The notes beneath the pieces are model-generated. The model worked only from the letters and a program-made list of their open reading frames with translations, made no database searches and was not told the origin of the DNA. Position numbers and translations under genes: made by a program. From positions 1 to 64,000 of IMG/VR virus record IMGVR_UViG_3300032235_000623: DNA of 64,000 nucleotides; one strand, written 5' to 3'. This document shows positions 11,401 through 19,592 of this stretch, piece by piece. How positions within the stretch are numbered: the first letter of the stretch is position 1; each line of letters begins with the position of its first letter. The DNA is from a virus.

Positions 11401-12230
11401 ATGGAATTAGGTTAGAGTGGGGTGCAGTTGATGGAGCAACATCATATGAAATTTGGTGGGGAAATAGTGCACCATCAGACAGTTTATCAACACCAGACTT
11501 CTACCCAGGAAACACCACGTTTTACCTAGATACCACAGTCTCCGCTGGATCATCAAGAACATACTACATACGTGCAAGAAATTCAACAGGTGCTTCTTCA
11601 TGGTCATTAGGTAAAACTGGAACTAGGGCTTATGAGCAATACACTGTGACTTGGAGTGCTAATGGAGGAACTGGCGGAGGATCAACGACAGCTAATGCTG
11701 GAACTGCTCACACTGCTCCTTCCCCAGGTTCTAGATCTGGATATTCTTTTATCGCTTATTATGATAGGCCAAGTTTAGACTACACGTACGGACCTGTAGC
11801 TTCTGGTGGATCATTTACTCCGCCTTCTTCTATAACTATGTATGCAAGATGGAGCACTAACACCACAACAACTACTACAACTACTACAACTACAACAACG
11901 TCAAATTGCAATACATGTAGTAGTTACGCTCCAACCGACGGAAGCTATGGATATTCAGCAACAGATCCGTATGGTACATGTGCTTCAGGTTCTAGATATT
12001 ATAGAATTTGTGTAACTCCAGGCTCTTGTCCAAATATAACTCAATGGGGTTCTTGCGTTCCAACTACCACAACAACTACTACCACAACAACTTCTGGTAG
12101 ACCAACGGTATACTGGAAGTGTAATTCAACAGATGTTGCAAATGCAAGCAATCCATGTACTTCAGTAGGTCAATGCCGACAGGCTGGAAATACATATTTC
12201 CCTGCAGGATGTGTTTCATGTTGCGATTAG
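8493..12230 (+). CDS. Large adhesin / tail-fibre-like protein: Ig/FN3 domains, InlB-B-repeat (Flg_new)-like domains, poly-Thr tracts, Cys-rich C-terminal modules
   Basis: YxITYxGNGG...TRxxYxFxGWY...ITLYARW repeats; FN3 repeats; TTTT tracts; 12 Cys in the last ~110 aa. Confidence 0.7.
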   Translation: MTWWRKTSSSDTGNHNINGWVKLQSIWRKASPQDEYNSSLSANPWVVDGWLKIKTAWRLDSVIGGIGIWYKIFSGLNLPIFQIPFPTLFFKWPDGFETSDSPINGSKMFVTRGSWTEEPNEFRLRIQEKSPIGSWTTVYDTTKVYTEYLESDSEDRFPSNANDSTRPTISKSKTINGYSFRAVVDATNDAGLTNQYISDPVVPRLDFKISSFSVYDEQSDGATFTWSYSPYVNSGSINSETDIYSQTIIIYDELNAEVYREDIPVDSTTVIISDPSILPETTYVARIEAVAADGYFLDSLPTYEFFDIDFITVGAFPEIEVNPTLTLISGEASCVGSVYRLSSGTWSNNPTGYRYYFDRQNFAGSNILTYPGTTTYTSNTYYDYTLSSENAQGIDAYTIAANSKGEADLYAYATSSIQGPIKLPKPTDVSATISGSGISISWTPHSSATKYRIYWASSSAYQPGAASSTFDEEKTTSSWTWNSSDPDKNGISPSEGSSYVFFVSQSVGGTIWSSWSSPSVSVTMPATPENTSRPTFSLQSGTANKVGSTYRLSSGSWTNNPTQFRYIFELNNAAGSQFVFYPSSTGYTTDTYYDHTFTLGTSSSVAGVVYAYNGLQSLGAYSTTSIGPITYPTYKITYNGNGGTSALASEDVVSGNSTSLPNATRTYYTFDGWYTAAVGGSYVGTSTSSYTPTQDITLYARWSAIQWTVKWNGNGGTVNNNGSSTYSVTFNAGTSVTAPYATRSGYVHTGWRYPASGDIWYLASPGGTFTPDSNNITMYATWQIAPPSTPSFTAITTNRTDGINMTWGEVAGATSYEIWYGNSAPSDSLSTPDFYPGNVTTFTDTSVPAGSYRTYYIRARNSGGASSWSSGATGYRDYVRYTVTWSANGGNGGGSTTEIAGSSHTAPSPGTRAGYVFYGYYDRPSGDYTYGPVSSGGAFTAPSSITMYARWQVAAPSTPSFTSATTTRTDGIRLEWGAVDGATSYEIWWGNSAPSDSLSTPDFYPGNTTFYLDTTVSAGSSRTYYIRARNSTGASSWSLGKTGTRAYEQYTVTWSANGGTGGGSTTANAGTAHTAPSPGSRSGYSFIAYYDRPSLDYTYGPVASGGSFTPPSSITMYARWSTNTTTTTTTTTTTTTSNCNTCSSYAPTDGSYGYSATDPYGTCASGSRYYRICVTPGSCPNITQWGSCVPTTTTTTTTTTSGRPTVYWKCNSTDVANASNPCTSVGQCRQAGNTYFPAGCVSCCD
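10839..11852 (+). repeat. Tandem intragenic duplication, 2 x 507 nt (FN3 + B-repeat unit)
   Basis: QIAPPSTPSF...YARW at 10839 is repeated as QVAAPSTPSF...YARW at 11346. Confidence 0.9.
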
Positions 12231-12232
12231 TG

Positions 12233-12261
12233 TTGACAGAATTTTCATTAATTGGTAGAAT
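12233..12261 (+). promoter_or_regulatory. Sigma70-type promoter, leaderless start at 12268
   Basis: TTGACA-N17-TAGAAT, ATG 6 nt downstream. Confidence 0.75.
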
Positions 12262-12267
12262 TAACAA

Positions 12268-12627
12268 ATGCTATTAAGTAAAGATAAGATACATATAATG
12301 TTAGAGGGTCAGGAGCACAACTATAATCCAGAGATTCACATTTTAGCATGTTTTGTAATAGAAGACATTGTTGTTGAAAATGGAATATATTCATACGAAT
12401 TCTTTAATTTATTTAATAACTCCATTGTAGAGGAAAAAGAAGAGTATGAAGATGGAGATATTCTTTTATCACTTTATGATCAGGCAGATGGATCTAAGCA
12501 ATATATGAGATTACCAGAGAGATTGGGCTCAATAATGTTAAGCAGTCCAAAATTAATTGAGGTTCCAGAAGGTTCTCAGTGGGTTACAATTGGTTCTAAG
12601 TATATAGATGGAGTATTTTATCCATGA
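12268..12627 (+). CDS. Hypothetical protein
   Basis: ORF track; C-terminal V.IG..Y..G.F motif often seen next to tail-fibre genes. Confidence 0.55.
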   Translation: MLLSKDKIHIMLEGQEHNYNPEIHILACFVIEDIVVENGIYSYEFFNLFNNSIVEEKEEYEDGDILLSLYDQADGSKQYMRLPERLGSIMLSSPKLIEVPEGSQWVTIGSKYIDGVFYP

Positions 12628-12878
12628 CAGAAAAAACAAGGTGGGAAAAGTATTTAGAAAAGCAAAAGCAAAAAAATGGAAGCAGTGATGTAAAGCCATG
12701 GGATCTGATAAATCCACATACTGAATATACAGATAGAGAAACTTCTGACGCAAGGTATGAGATTTGTAAAATTTGCCCTGAGCTTTTTGATCTAACAAAG
12801 CAATGTAAAAAATGTGGATGTTTTATGGCCCTTAAAACTAAAATGAAAGAGGCTTCCTGCCCTATTGGTAAATGGTAA
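12624..12878 (+). CDS. Small Cys-rich metal-binding protein (DUF6171-like)
   Basis: RYEICKICP...CKKCGCFM.LK.....CP.GKW. Confidence 0.6.
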   Translation: MTEKTRWEKYLEKQKQKNGSSDVKPWDLINPHTEYTDRETSDARYEICKICPELFDLTKQCKKCGCFMALKTKMKEASCPIGKW

Positions 12879-13780
12879 TGGCTAGTATATTTGTTCAAAT
12901 TCCAGCGTACCACGACTTAGAGTTGTCCAGAACAATTAGAGATTGTTTAGAAAAAAGTTCAGGTCTTCATACCATAAACTTTGGGGTTCATTTAACTTAT
13001 TTTGAAAATAGCGATATTGAAATTCCTAAATTAGATAATGTAAGATTTAGTACGAGCCCTGCCCCAGAGAATATCGGCGTTGGTATGGCAAGGTACCTAG
13101 CAAACGAGTTCTACGACGGGGAAGACTATTACTTGCAGATAGATTCACATATGAAGTTTAGAGAGTCTTGGGATGAAATTTTAGTTAATAATTACATACA
13201 GTATAAATCTATGGGAGCTAACCCAGTTATATCTTGCTACCCTGGCGCATATGAGTATGAAGATTTAGTTCCAAAGATTCTAAATACAGATGCCCATATT
13301 CCTTATACTGACTTTATTCAAGAGTTGAGCTTTATGGGCAACTATGTTCCACACCAAAGAGCAGTCGGAAATTTTTCAAACAATGTTTTTTCTAGATCAG
13401 TTTCTGCTGCTTCAGTATTTGGAAGTGGAGAAATTGCCCTCATAAAACCAAACAAAAAAATGTTTTTTTGGGGTGAGGAGATTCTTATGGCATTGAGGTT
13501 TTATACACACGGCTTTGATATCATGCTGCCAAAAACTCAATGCCTGTATCATCTATACTACGATCCTGCAAAAGGCTATCAAAATTTGAGAAGGCAGGTA
13601 GCAGAAGATTTTCCAGAACAGTCATCAAAGCTTGAAATTGCTTCTCAGAAGGAGCTTGAAAGAATTATAATAAATAAAGCAATTGGCAACCAGGAGCTGG
13701 GTTCAAAAAGAACGCTAGAAGAATTCCAGTCTTTTGCAGGCATTAATTTTATTGACAAAAAGATTATGCCAGTGCTATAA
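12878..13780 (+). CDS. GT60-like glycosyltransferase (Skp1-hydroxyproline GlcNAc-transferase family)
   Basis: SIFVQIPAYHD, G...AR..A, YYLQIDSHMKF...WD, GEE...ALR.YT.G.D, HLY motifs. Confidence 0.8.
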   Translation: MASIFVQIPAYHDLELSRTIRDCLEKSSGLHTINFGVHLTYFENSDIEIPKLDNVRFSTSPAPENIGVGMARYLANEFYDGEDYYLQIDSHMKFRESWDEILVNNYIQYKSMGANPVISCYPGAYEYEDLVPKILNTDAHIPYTDFIQELSFMGNYVPHQRAVGNFSNNVFSRSVSAASVFGSGEIALIKPNKKMFFWGEEILMALRFYTHGFDIMLPKTQCLYHLYYDPAKGYQNLRRQVAEDFPEQSSKLEIASQKELERIIINKAIGNQELGSKRTLEEFQSFAGINFIDKKIMPVL

Positions 13781-13781
13781 T
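13752..13781 (+). promoter_or_regulatory. Sigma70-type promoter
   Basis: TTGACA-N18-TATAAT with extended TG; GGAGG RBS downstream. Confidence 0.65.
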
Positions 13782-13799
13782 ACATAGGGAGGTAATAAA

Positions 13800-14009
13800 A
13801 TGTTATCAAATAGCGACAAACTAGTAATTGTTGAGCAGAAGATCAAGAATCTTGCATACCAAAAGTACGGTATTGAATTAGATCTACAGCTTGAGAATGC
13901 AGCAGCAACACCAGACGAAGAGAACCTTGCGTCTATTAATTCACGACTTGCAGATACAAATGCTAAGTTAGATGTTTTGAATACAGAAAAAGCATCACTA
14001 GAAGAATAG
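13800..14009 (+). CDS. Small coiled-coil protein
   Basis: ORF with GGAGG RBS. Confidence 0.65.
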   Translation: MLSNSDKLVIVEQKIKNLAYQKYGIELDLQLENAAATPDEENLASINSRLADTNAKLDVLNTEKASLEE

Positions 14010-14016
14010 GAAAATT

Positions 14017-14190
14017 ATGTCTGACAAAGCAGAACTGATTGTTCTTGCGCTGCAGCAGCGTATAGGGGAAATTGTTTCAAGCTACGAAACTCAAATTGCA
14101 GTTTTGAGAGCAGAGCTAACTGAATTAATTAGGGAAAAGGAAGAGCGTGAGAAAGCTGTTCAAGAATACTCAAGTTCCCTCCCAGGTTAA
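14017..14190 (+). CDS. Small coiled-coil protein (57 aa, not in ORF track)
   Basis: MSDKAELIVLALQQRIGEIV..., AGGA RBS, fills the gap. Confidence 0.6.
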   Translation: MSDKAELIVLALQQRIGEIVSSYETQIAVLRAELTELIREKEEREKAVQEYSSSLPG

Positions 14191-14557
14191 TCAGCCTACC
14201 AACTTCCCCTCTGGCCTAGCAGTTAAAACAGAAAAGGCCACATATTGGATTAAAGATGGCAAAAGGTATAAGATTATTTCTGATAGGGCGGAAAAGTCTT
14301 GGGGTTTTGTTACAGCAAATGCAACTGAAAATGCAATTGCACATCTTAAAGTTGTAGGAAAACTTGGATTCAGAGATGGGTCATTGATAAAAAATATATC
14401 GGACGGAAAGATATATTTGATCTCACAAAATAAAAAAAGGCATATCGTTAGCCCAGATGTTTTTATACGATATGGTTTAAGTAGAGATGCTATAATAGAG
14501 GTATCTGATGCAGAATCAAAAATGCATGAATTAGGAGAAGATTTAAATGCCATATGA
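14147..14557 (+). CDS. Hypothetical protein with internal duplicated motif
   Basis: G.L.K....Y.I..G/NKR..I.S occurs twice. Confidence 0.6.
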   Translation: MRKLFKNTQVPSQVNQPTNFPSGLAVKTEKATYWIKDGKRYKIISDRAEKSWGFVTANATENAIAHLKVVGKLGFRDGSLIKNISDGKIYLISQNKKRHIVSPDVFIRYGLSRDAIIEVSDAESKMHELGEDLNAI

Positions 14558-14978
14558 GTTTAAGAGATTTGACGATGGTGAACCACTTGATGTCAATAAG
14601 TTAAATTTAATTGTAGATAATATTACACAATTAATCACAGACACAGCCCCACTAAGAGACTCTACAGACTCTGGCCAAGGGTACTCATTAGTAGAGTCTG
14701 GACTAGTTCAGTTCGAAGATGTAACTGGAAATGGCACACCTGTTCAGCAAGCAATTACATTTAAAAAGATTAGCGCAGAAGCAGCTCAAGCTGGAAAGGT
14801 CCATGTTGTTGCATCATTAAACAACGGGCTACGTGCAGACGAGGACGTATTTGTTTCTGTTGGAGCAATTACAAGTGGAACACCACAGATCATGTTAAAG
14901 GTTAATATAACTGGTAAGTCAATAAAGCCAAGAGCTACTTACAATGTTCGCTGGATAGCGGTAGAAAACAAAGCATAG
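14547..14978 (+). CDS. Hypothetical (possible tail-tip / lectin-like protein)
   Basis: F.DGEPL....LN N-terminus, V.WIA C-terminus. Confidence 0.5.
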   Translation: MPYEFKRFDDGEPLDVNKLNLIVDNITQLITDTAPLRDSTDSGQGYSLVESGLVQFEDVTGNGTPVQQAITFKKISAEAAQAGKVHVVASLNNGLRADEDVFVSVGAITSGTPQIMLKVNITGKSIKPRATYNVRWIAVENKA

Positions 14979-14980
14979 TA

Positions 14981-15047
14981 TTGACAACTATGTATTTAAT
15001 GCTACACTACGGTTGTAGCATCAAAGTCACGTACCCGTGACTTTTTT
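14981..15047 (+). promoter_or_regulatory. Promoter with inverted repeat over the -10, followed by a terminator-like hairpin
   Basis: TTGACA-N16-TACACT; ATGCTACA-N7-TGTAGCAT; AAAGTCACG-TACC-CGTGACTTTTTT. Confidence 0.6.
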
Positions 15048-15062
15048 AATATAAGGAATTTA

Positions 15063-15863
15063 ATGAGTAACGATTTAAAGTGGATGTTGTCATCTGATCA
15101 ACAATTCCCTTACCAAGATGATAAAATGATTGAGCTTTGGTTTAAGGTTATGAAGTGGTTCAAACCAGACGTTGTAGACTACCTTGGAGACACTGATGAC
15201 CAGGCTTGCTATAGCAAGTATACTGAAGGAAGATCTGCTGAATTTTTGAACCTTCATAAAACAGATAGTAAAGATTTAATTGTTCCAATGATGAGGCATG
15301 AAGCAAAGGGAGCAAGAGATTTTTATACAAAGACAAGAGAAATGCTTCCAGATGCACAGTTGTTCTCCGCTTTAGGAAATCACGATGTTCGTATTTTTAA
15401 TTATGTTGATGCTAAAATTCCAGACTACATTAACGAGGTGACTCCAGAAGCCCTCTGGTCTCTAGACTCTTTGGGCTATGAGTATATATATTATGATGAG
15501 CTGCCTAAGCGTAGATTCGGAGACATACACGTGCACCATGGACTTTCTATTGCAGCAACTGGATCGGCAAGAAAAGATATGGAAGACATGCAAATATCTT
15601 TAATTAGAGGTCACTCGCATAGAATTGCATCGCATATGGTTACTTATGAATTGAGAAATAATGGCGAGGGAGAAACCCTACGTGGTTATGAAATTGGACA
15701 CATGTGTGATGAAAAGGGTCCAGGTATGAAATATACCCAGCACCACGATTGGCAAAAGGGATTTGCAATTGCTCATATTGTTAATGATTATCCACATATT
15801 CAAATGATACATGTTGCACCAGATTACTCTTGTGTTGTGGATGGAAAGTTATTTAAACTATGA
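15063..15863 (+). CDS. Calcineurin-like metallophosphoesterase
   Basis: SDxQ, GDxDD, GNHD, HHG, GHSH motifs. Confidence 0.85.
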   Translation: MSNDLKWMLSSDQQFPYQDDKMIELWFKVMKWFKPDVVDYLGDTDDQACYSKYTEGRSAEFLNLHKTDSKDLIVPMMRHEAKGARDFYTKTREMLPDAQLFSALGNHDVRIFNYVDAKIPDYINEVTPEALWSLDSLGYEYIYYDELPKRRFGDIHVHHGLSIAATGSARKDMEDMQISLIRGHSHRIASHMVTYELRNNGEGETLRGYEIGHMCDEKGPGMKYTQHHDWQKGFAIAHIVNDYPHIQMIHVAPDYSCVVDGKLFKL

Positions 15864-16048
15864 TGAAGTGTAGTAAGTGTAATGGCAGAGTTTTTGTAGA
15901 TCGAGTATTTTCTCAAAAACTGCACGTTGAACTTTTCTGCATAATGTGTGGGAAAAGATGGATGTTGAATAAGGATACGAGTGCACTAGGAAGATGGCTA
16001 GAACAAACAGAAATAAATCAGCAAAAAAACCTAGCTATTTTTTCTTAA
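15860..16048 (+). CDS. Small zinc-ribbon protein
   Basis: CSKC...CIMCG. Confidence 0.65.
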   Translation: MMKCSKCNGRVFVDRVFSQKLHVELFCIMCGKRWMLNKDTSALGRWLEQTEINQQKNLAIFS

Positions 16049-16479
16049 ATAATAAAATACATAAAGTATTAAGATTATCTAGGGCTAAAGATGAGCTGGT
16101 TGCCTGGTGCTACCCAGATAAAAAAAGAGTTCTTTATTCATATTCTCAGGCAAAAAAAAGTATGGATAACGCATATAGTACAAAGCAAGTAGCGGAAATG
16201 CTTCAAAGGCATAAAGTTACTATAGAAGACTATATTCTTGAGGGTAAGATCAAAAGACCTCAAGTGGTATATCCAATAGGTAACCCAGAGAGTAGTTGGT
16301 ATAAATTTATGTTTTCTACAAAAGATATACTAGACCTTCATGAGTTTATATTAGATTCAGGTTATTCTAATAATATGCCATCTAAAAACGAACTACTTGC
16401 CAGAATTAGGCATAATATGATATTGTATACCAAAACAACAGATGGAGATTTTGTGCCAGTTTGGAAAGCAGAAGAATGA
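15994..16479 (+). CDS. HTH (MerR/excisionase-like) DNA-binding protein
   Basis: YSTKQVAEMLQRHKVTIEDYILEGKI. Confidence 0.65.
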   Translation: MARTNRNKSAKKPSYFFLNNKIHKVLRLSRAKDELVAWCYPDKKRVLYSYSQAKKSMDNAYSTKQVAEMLQRHKVTIEDYILEGKIKRPQVVYPIGNPESSWYKFMFSTKDILDLHEFILDSGYSNNMPSKNELLARIRHNMILYTKTTDGDFVPVWKAEE

Positions 16480-16586
16480 GCGGTAGATTTGTGATATGTA
16501 ATGTTTGTAAAAAAGAAATTGAAGTTCGTTCGGGAATATTTGCACACGAAACACTTCGTCGTCATATTATTAAGGAGCATAAGTAA
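16476..16586 (+). CDS. C2H2-like zinc-finger micro-protein (36 aa)
   Basis: MSGRFVICNVCKK...LRRHIIKEHK; overlaps both neighbours' start/stop codons. Confidence 0.55.
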   Translation: MSGRFVICNVCKKEIEVRSGIFAHETLRRHIIKEHK

Positions 16587-16795
16587 TGTCTGAAACAAAA
16601 GTAAAGGTCGATCTTTCTTTTACTAGAAATTTAGGTAACTATGAAAGTATTAAGATCGGCATTGGGGTAGAAGATAATGTTCGTGACGGAGAAAATGTAG
16701 ATACTGCTACAGAAAGAGTATATAAGTTTGTTGAAAGTAAGCTTATTGAGAAAACAAATGAAGTGGAAGAGGAATTAAAGGGTGGCGGAAAATAA
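16586..16795 (+). CDS. Hypothetical protein
   Basis: T.NLGNYES.KI..G motif, GGAG RBS. Confidence 0.65.
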   Translation: MSETKVKVDLSFTRNLGNYESIKIGIGVEDNVRDGENVDTATERVYKFVESKLIEKTNEVEEELKGGGK

Positions 16796-17093
16796 ACAAC
16801 CATATATTCTTTTAAGCTTATATCAGGCATTATATAAAGATAAATATAATAAGCAGCCTAAGCTTAATAAGTATCGGGATAAATGGGCTATGCAAGATGT
16901 AATAGATACTGTAGGATATGACAGGGCTAAAGAACTTGTTGAGTACTATTTTAAAACTGGTAAGATTGGTCATCCTTTACAGTTCTTCTTTTATAATTTC
17001 GATTCTATGGATAGAATAAAAGAAGAGTCAGATAAAGATAAGCTTAATAGAATTAAGTTAAGAGAACAAACTAAGAGAATGGTTGAGGAGTAA
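16782..17093 (+). CDS. Hypothetical protein upstream of helicase
   Basis: ORF track, translationally coupled. Confidence 0.6.
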   Translation: MAENKQPYILLSLYQALYKDKYNKQPKLNKYRDKWAMQDVIDTVGYDRAKELVEYYFKTGKIGHPLQFFFYNFDSMDRIKEESDKDKLNRIKLREQTKRMVEE

Positions 17094-18343
17094 TGAATAC
17101 AGAGGCGGAACTAATTTCTGCAGTATGCAAGAATAAAGATATCAGTGTGCTTTTAGCAGATAACGTAGATGAAATATTTACCTCTCATAAAGATATTTGG
17201 GAAGGCCTAAAGAGCTATTACTATAAATTCCGTGCAGTACCAGAAGCTGGAATCCTACAAGAAAAATTTAACGATTTTGAGCCAGTATCTACGAAGGCTG
17301 AGACTGGGTATTATTTAGAAAAATTAAAGAATGAGTATCTAACCTCCAGACTCAAATCAATTATTTTGCATGCAGGTAATTCATTAAAGGAAGATGCAGC
17401 AGCAAGAGTATTAGCTGACGTTCAAGGTAAGCTGTCTAATTTAAGTAGATACACTAATAACGTACGTGATATTGATGTTACTGATGTAGAAGCAGCAGAA
17501 AAACATTTTCTTTCTGTAAAGGAAAGATCTGCTGTTATGGGAGGAAGCCCAGGAATCCTTACTGGCTTTGATGCCATTGATAAAGCTTACCCTACAGGAA
17601 TGGCTCCAGGACACCTTATCGTGGCCATTGGATGGCCAGGTAGGGGTAAGACATGGTTTACATCCTACTTGGCTTGTAAGGCCTGGGAGCAGGGTTTTAG
17701 GCCCATGATTATTTCTCTTGAAATGTCTCCAGAAAATATGCGAGACAGAATCTATACCTTGCTTGGCTCTGGCTTATTTAAGGCAAGCGATTTATCAAAG
17801 GGTGATATCAATATTGATGACTTTAGATCATGGAGTAAAAAGAAGTTTGAGAATAAGGGAAGTTTTGTTCTTGTATCAAATGAAGGTTTTGGTGAGGTTA
17901 CACCAGCAACAGTACAAGGTAAAATCGATCAACATAAACCAGACTTAGTTATTCTTGATTACCATCAGTTATTTAATGATAATAAGAGAAGTAATTCAGA
18001 AGTAGAAAGAAATAGAAATATTTCTCGTGAGTTTAAGCTTCTTGCTGTAACAAATAATATACCAATTATTGATATTACTGCTGCAACCGCAGATGATGTT
18101 TCTGATCAAGATGACCCACCTATGATGAGCCAAGTAGCTTGGTCGAAGGCTATTGAGTACGATGCTGATATGGCTATGGCTATTCATAAAACTCCAGGAA
18201 CCAATATGATTGAGGTTGTAAGTAGAAAGAATAGACACGGAAATGAGTTTGACTTCTTTCTTGATTGGGATATTAATAGAGGAATTATTACTCCTATTTA
18301 TGAGAATTTGCCAGATATGAAAAATGCTTCACAGGCAAATTAA
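17093..18343 (+). CDS. dnaB: DnaB-like replicative helicase
   Basis: Walker A GWPGRGKT, SLEMS, ILDY, IEYDAD, KNRHG. Confidence 0.92.
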   Translation: MNTEAELISAVCKNKDISVLLADNVDEIFTSHKDIWEGLKSYYYKFRAVPEAGILQEKFNDFEPVSTKAETGYYLEKLKNEYLTSRLKSIILHAGNSLKEDAAARVLADVQGKLSNLSRYTNNVRDIDVTDVEAAEKHFLSVKERSAVMGGSPGILTGFDAIDKAYPTGMAPGHLIVAIGWPGRGKTWFTSYLACKAWEQGFRPMIISLEMSPENMRDRIYTLLGSGLFKASDLSKGDINIDDFRSWSKKKFENKGSFVLVSNEGFGEVTPATVQGKIDQHKPDLVILDYHQLFNDNKRSNSEVERNRNISREFKLLAVTNNIPIIDITAATADDVSDQDDPPMMSQVAWSKAIEYDADMAMAIHKTPGTNMIEVVSRKNRHGNEFDFFLDWDINRGIITPIYENLPDMKNASQAN

Positions 18344-18620
18344 AAGATTTCAGGTAAACGTAGAATTTAGGGATGACTCTGATATTATACGAATCAGAAA
18401 TCAATACGAAAACATTTTAGTTTCTGATATGAGACAAAAGGGGTATGTAAGATTACTTGACATAGATCCCGTGTTTTCGGTAGAATTTACGGGTGAGACA
18501 TGGAAGTTCTTAATGACTGTCTATGGTATATATGTTGGAAAGAAGAAGGCATGGGATTCAGAGGGAGTAGCACAGTGGAAAATCATTCCACGTACACGCC
18601 ATCGCATATCAAGTCTGTAG
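18324..18620 (+). CDS. Hypothetical protein
   Basis: ORF between helicase and primase. Confidence 0.6.
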   Translation: MLHRQIKRFQVNVEFRDDSDIIRIRNQYENILVSDMRQKGYVRLLDIDPVFSVEFTGETWKFLMTVYGIYVGKKKAWDSEGVAQWKIIPRTRHRISSL

Positions 18621-19546
18621 TTAGAAATCTTGGGTTAAATGTACTCTCCGAGTCTAATGATAACCTAAGTCTATATTGCCCATTTCATAACAACACAAAC
18701 ACATATAGCTTCAGCATAAGTGCAAGGAATGGGGCGTGGCTTTGTTTTAATCCTTCTTGCGGGGAATCTGGTTCCCTAACCGACCTGGTAAAGAAAATTC
18801 TTAATAAGAATGACTTTCAAGCTTTAAGATTTATTATGTCTCATGCAAATACTGACGACGACACCTTTGGTGAAGAGTTGCAATCTATACTTGAAGACAA
18901 GCCAGAGTTTGAAGAGTTTTCTCAAGAAACATTAGACAGGCTTCATGCAGACCTGTCAGGAAGCTACCAGGCTAAGGATTATTTTAAATCAAGAGGAATT
19001 AATGACGAGTCAATGGAACACTTTTGGCTAGGTTACTCTAATTCTATGGGTATGGTTATTACCCCAATACATAGCCCAGATGGTACTCCAGTTGGTCTAG
19101 TTGGAAGATCTATCTCTGATAAGAGATTTAAAAATAGTGTAAACTTACCAAAAAATAAAACTATGTTTAATATTCATAGGGCAAAAAAAATTGGAAGTCA
19201 TGTTATTGTAGTTGAATCAGCATTCGATGCAATTAGAGTTCACCAAGCTGGGTTTCCAAATGTTGTTGCTACTTTGGGTGGACATATATCAAAAGAAAAT
19301 ATATCCTCTCTAAATAGATATTTTAATAAAATAACAGTCATGACTGATGCAGATGAAGCAGGTAGAAAGCTTGGATCTAATATATCAGAAAGACTAAAGA
19401 ATAAAGAGGTCTTGTGGGCTTCTTATGAATATGGTAAGATATACCCACATGGTGCAAAAGATGCTGGCGATATGACAGACAATGAAATAAAGCAATGTAT
19501 CAATAATGCAGTTTCCGATATCGAATATCGATCTTGGAACCCATAG
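18551..19546 (+). CDS. dnaG: DNA primase (CHC2 zinc finger + TOPRIM); start probably 18551
   Basis: CPFH...CFNPSC, VESAFD, MTDADEAG, KDAGD; promoter TTGACA-N18-TAGAAT at 18457-18486. Confidence 0.9.
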   Translation: MGFRGSSTVENHSTYTPSHIKSVVRNLGLNVLSESNDNLSLYCPFHNNTNTYSFSISARNGAWLCFNPSCGESGSLTDLVKKILNKNDFQALRFIMSHANTDDDTFGEELQSILEDKPEFEEFSQETLDRLHADLSGSYQAKDYFKSRGINDESMEHFWLGYSNSMGMVITPIHSPDGTPVGLVGRSISDKRFKNSVNLPKNKTMFNIHRAKKIGSHVIVVESAFDAIRVHQAGFPNVVATLGGHISKENISSLNRYFNKITVMTDADEAGRKLGSNISERLKNKEVLWASYEYGKIYPHGAKDAGDMTDNEIKQCINNAVSDIEYRSWNP

Positions 19547-19592
19547 TATAAAGTAATAGATGGATATATACCATCAAGTATAAGGAGAAAAA

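Noticed and set aside
10839-11852. Diversity-generating retroelement TR/VR pair
   Set aside because: Both copies are in-frame coding, differences are not adenine-specific, and no reverse transcriptase is in the window
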